Shown one piece after another: positions 1-11,599 of a stretch of DNA of 64,000 bases. Below the pieces are notes generated by a model. The model was not told the origin of the DNA. It saw only the letters and a list, made by a program, of their open reading frames with translations, and ran no database searches. The first letter of the stretch is position 1. Each line of letters begins with the position of its first letter. Made by a program: the position numbers and the translations under genes. Location of the stretch: assembly GCA_951406725.2 (NCBI GenBank), contig OX597831.1, positions 54,932,001 through 54,996,000 of the forward strand, read 5' to 3'. This DNA is from Octopus vulgaris (Eukaryota).

Positions 1-871
1 AATTCATTGGAAAAGGAGTGGGTACATGAAACTTTAGGGAAAATACTTAAATACCATGTTTGCCATTTTTACTACTTTGAAGGATGAAGCAGACAGCAGG
101 TCAAAGTTCAATAGTCGACAGAATGCAATTACGTCGAATAGCATTTAGTAGCGTTGTCAATAATAACAGAGCTCAGTCTTCTCTTATAACTTTACAATAT
201 AGAATGACTAGAGAGTACAAGACAGTTCTCTAAACAAACAAACTGAATAATGTACGTTGCTTTCTGGAGGAAATTAAACTCGCATAACGAGTTGAAATTT
301 GATCTACGAACGACGAACAAACAACGCATACGCATAAGTGAGTGGGACCCTAGCGAGCTGTAATGTGAACAACAAACCACGAAAACCACGAGAAAACTAT
401 ACACACATGTAAGTTCTGAGAGTACATATATAAACGGTACCTCAAATGAACAAACTGTATAGCGAACAGTTTTTCTGGTGAAATTTATATTCAGCCAATG
501 AGTTGAAATTTGAACAAACTACGGCTAGACTAAGCACGCATATAAGTGTCTGTGAGAGTGTATACAAATGTTTCGTTAACGTTCATGTACACATTTCATA
601 TAGCTTGCAAATTTTCATATTTTATATCAAAAATAAAATTTCTCATTTCTGATTTAAATTTTCTTTTTAAACCATAACCATGATTCGACAGAATCAAGAC
701 AAAAAGGGGGAAAATACGCCCATACGAGCAGATATATATGTATTTGCTATTGATGAACAACTAAAACATCCTTTCATGTCGTTATGTGGAGTTTAGCTGT
801 ATCTTGGAACGGTTTACCTCTATTTATATGTATCTTGGAACGGTTTACCTCTATTTATATGTATTTCAGTT

Positions 872-943
872 ACTTATCTGACGAACAATCTGTTTAACGA
901 ACAGGGCTCCGAAATGGATATGTTCGTAAATACTGTAATAAGT
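872..943 (+). ncRNA. Degenerate type I hammerhead ribozyme motif
   Basis: Stem I acttat/ataagt, core CTGACGA (878-884), GAAA (911-914), GUA at 935-937; base of stem II unpaired and stem III rich in GU pairs. Confidence 0.5.
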
Positions 944-3004
944 TACAAAACTAATTAGAGCAGAAAGAAACTAACACTAATTTGAATCTGACTGCATTAA
1001 AATGTTGGATGTTGGTGATGATGGTAAAGACGATGTCAATGGCAACAACTTCTAATGAAACTAATACCACATAATCGTAAGCAGTTACAAATCGTGACAA
1101 ATTTCTGATAAAGATATTCTATCAATGTGTTAAGTGTGTTGACACTCATTCCCGTGACAATATTGACAAGAGCAAAAACATTAGAGATATTGAAGTAAAG
1201 TATACATTAACTTGCTTAATACGTAATCATGGTAACTCTAAATAACCAAGACTACCACAAAGAGGTTAACATTTTTTATTCAAATTAACCGAAAGAAATA
1301 CACACAAAATTAAAAAATATATATTTTTGAACTGACTTAATGTATCAAAGTGTAAATTAAATATAAATCAGGAATCAGTAAGGATAATGAGAAAAAAGGC
1401 TAGTTTGAATCTTAGCTGGGAAGATAAAAGAAACTCTTTATGATGCAGTCTGTAATATGCTTCTGTAATATTTGTTCTTGATGAGAGCACTTCATTATCC
1501 CATCAAGTATTGACAAGTAGTAAATGTCACTACACAGTATTCATGGTCTCTGGGTCTTCCTGAATGGCACACCTCTTGAACAATTACCTTGAATTATTTT
1601 AGCAGTTATGATGATGCATGTTTTATGTGGCCCACTTCTCAGAGAAAGTTGCCCTTGCTGGTCTACAGCTCGCTCACCAGTTCCTTTTGTACCCTTATCG
1701 TTTCCTTTACCCACTTCTTGTCCAGTGTGGTATCTGGCTAGAGTTTCACACTGTTTGAGTTTTTGAAACGTAAACACAGTTGGCTCCAATGTTATTAGCT
1801 CAACTAATCATAAATGTTGTTGAATGTTATTGAGGGCGGAGATGTATTCTAGTTTGTTCATTATATCAAAAGCTATTAAAAACGTCAGTTTTATGTTGGC
1901 AGCATGTATCATCAAGTTTAATTTCATGATAAATAATACATGCAAATATACCACAATATCAAAAATTGCATTGATCAGAGAATAAATAATTCAATGACAC
2001 TATCTGCATGATAAACGGTAGGTAGAGTTATTCAATGCATACAGTATTAAAAAGCTAAGGCTGAAACATGCTTGGAGTTGTTGTTTAACCTAGGCCAGCT
2101 CCTGTCATCCATCCTACCCATTGCATGGAGGATGGATATTAAATGATGATGATGATGATGATATAAATATGTAATGATATTAATTTGTTGTTATAGCAAC
2201 ATGTTGTAGGTGTGAAAGATGAACAATGCATGAAGTTTTAAGAAAATATTTATTTTTACCGTTACATTGAAAATACCTTACTTCGACGGGCAGGTTATAA
2301 AAATCCGAGAGCATGCAAAGTAAAGATAGATGTATAGTTTGTTCCCTTAGCAGTAAGCCACAGATTGCGATAGAATGATGTTGTAAGAGAACAGAATTAA
2401 GGTTAGTAAGAGTGAAATAGTGTAGAACAAATTGTCTCGTAGAGTCGCTAATTCTAGACTTCTCTGGATTATATATTTTCCAAACCATACAATTTTCTTA
2501 TGCCTATGTATGATCTTCAATATTTATTTAGTGATTCATTGATCACTCATTTTGCACACACAGTGAAGGCGGTGCTTTCCTGAGAAGACTACAATAAGAC
2601 TAGGACATGACCAGAATTGTCTTTGCTAGCACATATAAAATTTGCTCATAAACTTTTATATTTTTTACCCTTTCCTAAATGTGTCAGTAGATAATTATTT
2701 CTTTGAATATTTCCAACTATCTTTGGTCAATTCTAATCAATCATCCCATATCTTTCTTTGATCACTTCTACACTAAATACCATTTATTATATTATTAATC
2801 TATTACTGCTATCTTATTGTATTATATTAATATTTCTTTCCCTTTCATATTGTTTCTCATTTTCCTGTGTGATTAATATTTCTAAGTATCTATAACTCAT
2901 CTAGAAATATCTACATCATGCCAAATACAAAAACAACTTACCTATCTATCTCTTACACTCTATATTTTTTTTTAATTTTATTTTTAAATCTCTGTACCCA
3001 TCAG

Positions 3005-3342
3005 ATGCATCCCTGACAACACTAGGCAAATGGACTCGAATTCTGACAAGCAGCCTTGGTACGACTACCAGTCTAGAAGCAGATGAACCTACAAAAGCTG
3101 AAACTGATAGCTGGTACAGCTCGAAGTTTAGTGCAACAGCAAAGACAGCAACAACAACAACAGAAGCAGCAACAACAGCACCAACACAAGCACCAACAAG
3201 AAGAACCACAATTAAAACACGGAAATGTCAGGCTGTTGGTGCCTGGAGAAATGTTCCAGGAATGCCTACATGGTGTATTAATAATTGTAGGAGGGGATTT
3301 TGTCCTGAGAGTCACTGTTCACCTGGATGTGGAAATATTTAA
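3005..3342 (+). CDS. Terminal exon of a probably secreted, chitin-associated protein (Thr-rich linker plus Cys/Trp C-terminal module)
   Basis: Polypyrimidine tract plus cag at 3002-3004, then a stop-free frame ASLTTLGKW...TATTTTEAATTAPTQAPTRRTTIKTRKCQAVGAWRNVPGMPTWCINNCRRGFCPESHCSPGCGNI*; no upstream exons identified in the window. Confidence 0.78.
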
Positions 3343-5712
3343 TAATTTGGAGTTTTCACTGGTTATTTAAATGTAGTTATTCATGAATGTCTTTTAAAAA
3401 GATTTTATTCACTCATATAAATAAGTAAAAATTGATTTGCTTATGATGATTTGAACCTATGATACTTTCAATATTATTAGAAAGCTGCAATTATTAACAC
3501 TAAATCAGCTTTATGGACTCATCAGAATATCATTTTTTTTTTTTTTATTTACTTCAAAAAATTGTTTCCATTCAACAACAAAAAAAATTATTTTTTGTCT
3601 TACAGAATTTGAAGCATATGTTTCAAGAATACAATTTTCAAATTTTTCTTTGGTGTGGAAAAGAGAAGAATAACTTAATTTATATATTAAGTTGTTCTGT
3701 TGCTTGTTGCAATGAAATTGGTTTCCATATTATCCCTGCCAAGTTGATAGTTATCAACCTGTTTTTTGTATTATGGATTCAATTGTTGCATTGATGATGA
3801 TTCTTATAAGTATTAACAATCACAAACTCATTTCAAACAGTTGTAAATGATTGAACTGATTGTAAAAGGAATGTGATTTTTATTAACATCATTATGACAA
3901 GATGACACCAAGACAGAGAAATCAATTGGCATCAGAAATGATGTATGAGAAAAATGCTCCTATTTAAGTTCAAAATTGCTGTTTGATATCATCTATGTTG
4001 AGATGCAAGCAGTTGTTGTACTTTATCTTTTCCTACAATTTCACATTCATTGATTTCTCAATCATTGGGTGCTAAATGTGTTACCCACTTGCTTTCTCTT
4101 CTTTTGTAAGAGTATCTATTTTCTGCTATGTTAGCTTAAATTATATTGCAAAAATATATAATTCCTGCATCAAGCTATAAATATTTGACTGACTACTTAG
4201 AAGTGAACCCCCTCAGCTATATAATTACTTAAGATCTTAACAGGAATAAAGAAGAGAAAAATTCCATGTTTTTTCATGTGATAAAATAACTTGCAAAAGA
4301 AACCTCTCTTATTTAGTATTGTAAACAGAGCATATATTCTGTTTACAAAAGACACCAATAAGTCTCTACAACTGAAAAATATTCCAGATGCTATGAAATA
4401 AGTCCTATAATTTTTTGGTTCAGAGTTAAAAATTTTGATTAATGTTGAGTCCAGGATAGAACTTTATATGGCTAATAACAATGTTAAATCCAAAACTATT
4501 GGTAACACGTTAGCAAGTTAAATGTTAATAATACATTAATTACAACTTGTAATGAATATATGTATATATTGGCAAAAGAGGAACCATGATTCTGTAGACA
4601 AAAAAAAAAATGCGTAAATGCATGATAATTTATTCTTACCAGAATAAAGGGTTAATTAATAATTGCTGTGTAGGTTTCCCAATCAACATTATTGCAAACT
4701 AATTGGTAATTTTGAGTGACAGTTTAAAAACGTGAACACTTAATAAATTTTGTGTCAGACCATGCAAAAATTATGAAGATTTAAATTTTGAGAAAATTTT
4801 AAGACATCACCAAGAGTGATGTAGTCACAGAAAGCTGAATTTTTTAGTCAAAGGGTTCAACAGGTTGGAAGCTGTACACTAGCACTTAAGTTCACTGATT
4901 CAATTTACCCAGTTGTAAATAGGTTCCATGAGTTGGTGCAGCTTTCTGTTGTTGGAACTATCATTAACTGAGTTGTACCATACTCAAATCTTCCAGTTAG
5001 ACAGGAGTAATGGGAAAAAAAAACAATACTCTATGTTTTTCTCTATAAATAATCCTGTAAAACTGAAGAGGATCTGAGAAGTCAAAATCTTACACAACAG
5101 CTTCAACTCAGTACAAAAGCAATTATGATGAAAGAAGGATAAAAAAGTTATTTTATTCTTCAAGTATGTCTCCATGGAGCTTATATAATCTTTTCTGTAC
5201 CAACATATATTATAACATAATAATGTTTGATTTACAATATTCAATAATCACATTTTATTTTGTAAAGGACATGCATACTCAAGTTATTACATGTCTACAC
5301 CTAATATATTTCTATGCATATAAAAACTAGTCTTGCGGGGTAGGGGGACAGAAAAGAAATTGCAAGATTGGTCAATATGGTCAATGTGTAGTATGGAGTG
5401 TTAAGATTTGTTTTGTTTTTTTTGTTTGTGTTTCGTGTTTATGTTTTTTTTTTGTTTTTTTTTCTTTGTGTTTTTCGGAGGGGTTTTTTTTCTGGACCTC
5501 TTACGTGTGTATGAGTAAAATATATGCATTTAACTTAAACAACTTGCATTCAGTATTATTCAAAAATGAATACAATAGAAAGTTATACTTTCTTTCACAA
5601 ACACATGCATACATACACATATGCACATTTGTGCATTGTAAATTTTGCCAGTTCCTATGTGCACACATACATTTATTTATATATATATATACACACACAC
5701 ACACTTAAATAC

Positions 5713-5772
<60 letters not shown>

Positions 5773-6352
5773 TGTGCGTGCACGCACATGTGTATACCCG
5801 TCTATATATGATCCTATGTATTGTTACTGTTTTGTAATAGACTTTTGTAAATATAAACATCAACTGTTAAGTTTCCTTGAATGGAAAACACTCCAGACTA
5901 ATTCATTTTATATATTCTATTAAGGATCAACAGAAATTCTTTCCTGCAATATAACAAAATATTACATCTGTTCAAAAGTACAATTGCTAATAGCAATCCG
6001 CTTCAATGGTTATAAATGTTTTCAGCAAGGAATCGGGAGTCAATTTAACATATTAATATCTTTTATAATGATGATGATTATGATACTCTTTACTCTTTTA
6101 CTTGTTTCAGTCATGTGACTGTGGCCATGCTGGAGCACCGCCTTCAGTCGAGCAAATCGACCCCAGGACTAATTCTTTATAAGCCTAGTACTTATTCTAT
6201 CAGTCTCTTTTGCTGAACCGCTGAGTTACGGGGATGTAAACACACCAGCATCGGTTGTCAAGCGATGTTGGAGTTTCTACTATAGGTATAAGGCCTTTCA
6301 GGCCTTATACCTATAGTAGAAACAATTATTATTATCATTGTCATCATCATCA

Positions 6353-6392
<40 letters not shown>

Positions 6393-7119
6393 GGCTGTGA
6401 GCTGGCAGAATTGTTAGCATGCTGGACAAAATGCTTAGCAGTATTTCGCCCATCACTATGTTCTGAGTTCAAATTCTGCCAAAGTCGACTTTGCCTTTCA
6501 TCCTTTCGAGTTCAATAAATTAAGTACTAGTTATGTACTGGGGGTCAATGCAATCAACTTATCCACTCCCCCAAATGTTGCCCTTGTGACAAAATTTGAA
6601 ACCATTATTATTACTACTACTACTACTACTACTACTATAGCTATTATATTATGTATAATGTCACAAGGTGTCTGCTTTATTTTTAATTTCTCTAATTTTA
6701 TCAATCCCAATAACACGAGATAGGAAAATTGTCTTCCTTGCTTACACATCATCAGCACAACATTTGTAAATGAGTCATTATTGTATGTTGTAGGATTTTT
6801 TTTCTGTTGTTTCCATCATTTTTTTCCTTTCAAAAACATTTTTTTTTTCCCACACAGATCTTTATATGTAAATGTATAACAATTACGACCCATCTTTCAC
6901 TTTCAAATTCATCCTAGTACAAAAACAAAAAATCTGAAAAAATATATTTTTCTGATTCCTATTTTTAAAAAAATTGAGTGTAAATAATAATTAATATGAA
7001 ATAAAGATTTATATATATATATACATATTTTAAAATCAAGTATGTGTTTGGTTGTTTTTATTCCAGTCACTTTGGCTTTCATCCTTTGAGGGTTGATAAT
7101 ATAATGTAATTCCTTGGGT

Positions 7120-7606
7120 ATAATCTGCATTTTTTTCCCAAAATTTAAAGGTCAAAATCCCTTGTGCGTACTATATACGAGGTTAGAAATGAAAATTATG
7201 TTCTAAGCAATGTCCGAGTCTCTATTTGCTGTCCAGCAATGTTTATTCAGACGCATTTTGTGATGTTGGGCACGAAAATACCTTAAGCTCAGCCTGAAAG
7301 CAATGAAGTCATAAAAGAATCATCCATAACTTGCAGTAAGCAACATTTATTAAACGTAATTACTGTTATTTCTTTATTTTCTGCAAACAAAATGCACAAA
7401 AAAGCTCCACGTTTGCATTAGGTTATATACACAATAATAATAAAGGATGTTACCGTATACATTTTCACAAACCAAGGACGTTATGTAGAACTCCTTGACT
7501 AAAGTTAGAGAACGGGTGCATATCATAGGTTTTTCAGAGGTACAGCCCCCTAAAAATCCCCTGCGTATTATACTCAAGGGCGGACTATACTCGAAGATTT
7601 ACGGTA
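7120..7606. mobile_element. DNA-transposon remnant (Tc1/pogo-like end); left boundary approximate
   Basis: Ends in ...gcggactatactcgaagatttacggta; the same ~75-bp end recurs at ~26985-27063. Confidence 0.5.
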
Positions 7607-8249
7607 ACCCCATCATTTCAAAACTGTGCCTAAATAATAATTATTATTGTTCATTGCCTTGCTGAGTATGTTTTAGAGTAATTGTATAGTTTTATTATAG
7701 TGCTTTTAGTAGTTTTAGTATACTCTTTACTCTATTACTATTTTACTTGTTTCAGTCATTAACAAAAGCCTTGCTGGAGCACTGCCTTTTAGTCGAGCAA
7801 ATCGACTCCAGGACTTATTCTTTGTAAGCCTAATACTTATTCTATCGGTCTCTTTTTGCCGAACCACTAAGTTACAGGGACGTAAACACACCAGCATCGG
7901 TTGTCAAGCGATGTTGGGAGGACAAACACAAACATATACATATATATATACATATATACGACATGCTTCTTTCAGTTTCTATCTACCAAATCCACTCACA
8001 AGGCTTTGGTCAGCCCGAGGCTATAGTAGAAGACACTTGCCCAAAGTGCCACGCAGTGGGAATGAAACTGGAACCATGTGGTTAGTAAGCAAGCTACTTA
8101 CCACACAGCTGCTCCACTCCTGTGCCTAGTATAGTAATTTTATTGTTTCATTTTGTGAAGCTGACCAAGACTGCAAGGAACTAGTTCACAATCTTTTGTT
8201 ATTTGCTCCACAGGGCATAATTTCGGGGAAAAAAAGAAAACTTTTCAAA

Positions 8250-11200
8250 TCAAATCAAATGTTTCAAAATGGTTATCATACTTTCATCTTTGCCAGCTAA
8301 CCATCAAGAGAAGAAAGTGGGTGTGGCTTTAAGGGTAAATCTATCATTTATGGACAACACTTCCTGCTTGTATAGCAGTATACAAGTGAATTTTTACTTG
8401 GAGATGCTAGCCCAAAAGCACTCAATCTTTTCAAATAAAAGTGTTCACGTAAACTGATGCCAGTTTACTAGAGGTGAAGAGTGATCAAGGTAAAGTGTTC
8501 AAACATACAACCAGAACTAAACTTCTGGTGGGTGTGTTGTGTTGGAGAACCCTAGCATGCTACTGGAACTAAACACATTCTGAAAGGAAAATAAGGTTGG
8601 GATAAGTCTGGAGAACCTGATTCAGGTGAAACTTGAAGCAAGGGACTGAATCCCCAAGCTATCAGAGATCTGAGGGCATCCACTGCAGATGGTAATGGAC
8701 AGTAGAAGACCTTGATGCTACAAATGGGATAACATCGATCATGCCAAGGCCTTCTGTCCTCAACAAGAGGCGTCCACTCCTGCTAATACCACAACATCAA
8801 CAGCTACTGATACAACATCAGACGCAACTGCAATACCAGTGTAGTGATCCTATAACGGTGCGCGCGCGCGCACCGTCCATTTTCTATTTCGCGCGTGCGA
8901 GTGTTGGTGCCTTCACCAAGGCACAGAAAGGAAGGGCCCTCTCGCGCATGCGCGAACCACCGGAAGCACGACCCTTTTGCCTACGTGGTAGTTAGCCAAG
9001 GCAAGGGGATCGTAAGACGTTGACCACCAGCGTCCAGAAAGCAGCGACTTGAGACAGCAGCGACTGAAGGCGACGGTCACGCATATTTTCTCTCCGTCCG
9101 GACTTGATTCTAGCAGCACCATACCAAAAGGCCTTTAACCAAATTGTTGCAGACCTCATCTTCTTCCTCCGGACGCCATCTTTAACCCGTTCTGTTTTTA
9201 GCGGCTGAACATTGTAAATATTACAATCGATTAACTTTCAGCCTTGCGCGCCCAGAACCAAGGACATCAGATAACCACTTATTGTTACTGTTACCACATT
9301 AGAGAATAAAGTAGTATATATCTTTTACGTCTGCGTCTTGTTGTTTTCTGACTGGTAGAGAATCTGGATTATTAAAGCAACGGCTAGTGATTGCCTTTCT
9401 TGTACCCCGAAAGTACAAGGGAAGATATATTCACTCACTAAGTTCTTTACACCAGTAACAACATGAAACTGTACCAACAGTAGCTACAGCCCCTGCTACA
9501 AGAATGGAAGCAGTACCTACAATAATAATGACAAACCCAACAGTGAAAGCAACAGTAACAAAAGAAATATTGCCCTCAATGGTTATCACATTAGCAATAA
9601 CAGCAACAGAAAACCCCCAAAGAAACAGGAAAAAGAACAGGATAAAACTACACACCACAATAGATGCTTCTCAGACAATGTTACAGGGCGAAGGCAACGA
9701 GGTAAACTCTGAACGGCTAAAAGAATCTAAAAGAAATATTAAGAAAAAAAACCCATTATGTCAACATAAAAAAAGCTGGGACGTTTGAAAGAGTGGAATA
9801 AAACAACGTCCCACCAACACCACCTCACAACAACATCAGTACTATCAACATCACTATCATCATCGGCAGCAGCACCACCACCACCGCCACCATCACCACC
9901 ATCGTCACCATCATCTCCGCCACAGACGCTCCAACGTTAGAAACTCAAGCATAACGTAATTCATACTCGCGACCAACAGCACCACCCAACATGAACATAG
10001 AAAAATTAAGTCATTAACTACACAGCCGTAGACACAAGCAACAAAATGTTATGAATTATGCACAGTAATTACGTTGCACAGAAAACTACATCGCGGCAAA
10101 AATAGCAAACATATTGAAATCATCAAAACAACATAAAACACAAGACTTTAAAAAACAAATACCCCGATGACATATGAAATTTCCGGGGGGATGTTAATAA
10201 ACTCATCAAAAGCTTACTCGTGGAAACACTCACAAATAGCCAAGAGGACGAAACATCTACGGGAATAAGGTTTGTGTTCGTTTTATTTAGCATGGCCTTT
10301 TCGATGTGCGTAGCTTGGGAGCAGGCAATGTGAATGCGCGTAGCTTGGGATCGCTTTCATAGAAATGCCGCGTGGTCAATGGCCCACCAAACGGAACTAT
10401 TCATTATAGTTCACGAGCTCAGTTTGCGATGGTTGTCTCCTCTTGTCTTTTCTATATGTACTGACGTCAGAGTCATAACGTGAGAACAAGAGACTTTGAG
10501 AGAACTAGAATGCAAAAATATGTCTCGGTTTATATGGTCGATGTCATCGTAGTGTCAGACACCGAAAACACCGAAATGATCAGCACTGCTCAAAGGAAAT
10601 ACGAGGCAGTTACAGGAGCCCAAACCAACCAAGAAAAGTCGCTGGTCCTGCAGGTGGGAACCTGGAAAGGCAGATCCATACCGTCCAACAGTCGGGGGGT
10701 TCTGGGCGGATGTAGAGGTTTAATTGCTCGGGGTCTGGTTTGATTTCGATCTCTAGGTGAGGAACTAGATGAGGGCGAGGTAACGAGCAGGTGACTAGTC
10801 TCACCATGAAATGAACCGAGAGGAAGATATCCCTGAAGGGTCAGACAGAAGTGACCAACGCCTCCATGTTTGGTAGTACCATCAGCCATGCCAGTCCGAG
10901 ATGCACGCACACAGAGCGACGAAAACGTCCTACACGCACTCGTACACTACTCGTGCATTTGCTGACTTGTGAAATTATGTTGAACTGCTTCTATCACATG
11001 TTCCATGTAGGACAGATCCGTGTAGGGCAAATCCGGCTATCAACCAACTCCATCGAAAACTGCCTTCCCTTGGGGTAAAAGGGCAGGCAGTTATCCTCTG
11101 TTCAGTGGCTATAACGAAAGATATTATCTGGTGGACGAGGCTGAAATTACTGAAGAAAGACACATCGGAAAAGTCGTCAAGCCGCCTTCGTTTCACCGGG

Positions 11201-11430
11201 AAGGACAAGCAGTTTTTTTTTTATTTTGTCTGGTGGCTTTAGCAAAAGAGGTTCTGTGAAGGACCAGGCCGAAAAGGCTGAAGACAAATACCTTCTACTT
11301 TGGCCAAGCCTTCGTTAACTTTGAAAAGGAAATTGAGGCTTCACTGTGAGATGCTAGCTTCCTGCAGACTTGTTTGCAAATGGGTGAGATTGGCGAGTAT
11401 GGACCGAATGAATTGGCCTACTCTGTGGAT
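8250..11430 (+). mobile_element. Decayed Tx1/L1-like LINE (ORF1 and ORF2 relics); boundaries approximate
   Basis: Zinc-knuckle relic RRP*CYKWDNIDHAKAFCP at ~8705-8760 followed by a Thr-rich tract; RT relic VSVYMVDVIVVSD..RKYEAVTGAQTNQEKS..GTWKGR..LLGVWF..ERKISLKGQTEV at ~10520-10860; C-terminal GQAVF..LVALAKEV.RTR at ~11200-11290. Confidence 0.75.
8840..9451. mobile_element. Solo LTR (612 bp) inserted in LINE ORF1
   Basis: TGTA...TACA termini; CCAG target duplication (8836-8839 / 9452-9455); CpG-rich; AATAAA at 9305-9310; Thr-rich ORF1 relic resumes after it. Confidence 0.8.
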
Positions 11431-11599
11431 GAAGCGAGAACATCAGAGAAAGTTCTCGCTTTCATGGTCAAGGTAACTATGGTTTGTGGGGTTTCCACGA
11501 GTAACCCTCGGAATGTTGGAAGTCTACTTCTTTCGAGGTTCTTTTGGTAGGTCCTGAAAAATAAGAAAGATTAAGTCTGCTAACTATAGGTAGTTACAA

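Noticed and set aside
1541-1789. 82-aa minus-strand ORF
   Set aside because: No recognisable motif or convincing splice context.
3083-3370. Poly-Q ORF from the track
   Set aside because: Alternate frame of the Thr/Cys-rich exon at 3005-3342; the Q run comes from ACA/GCA codons read off-frame.
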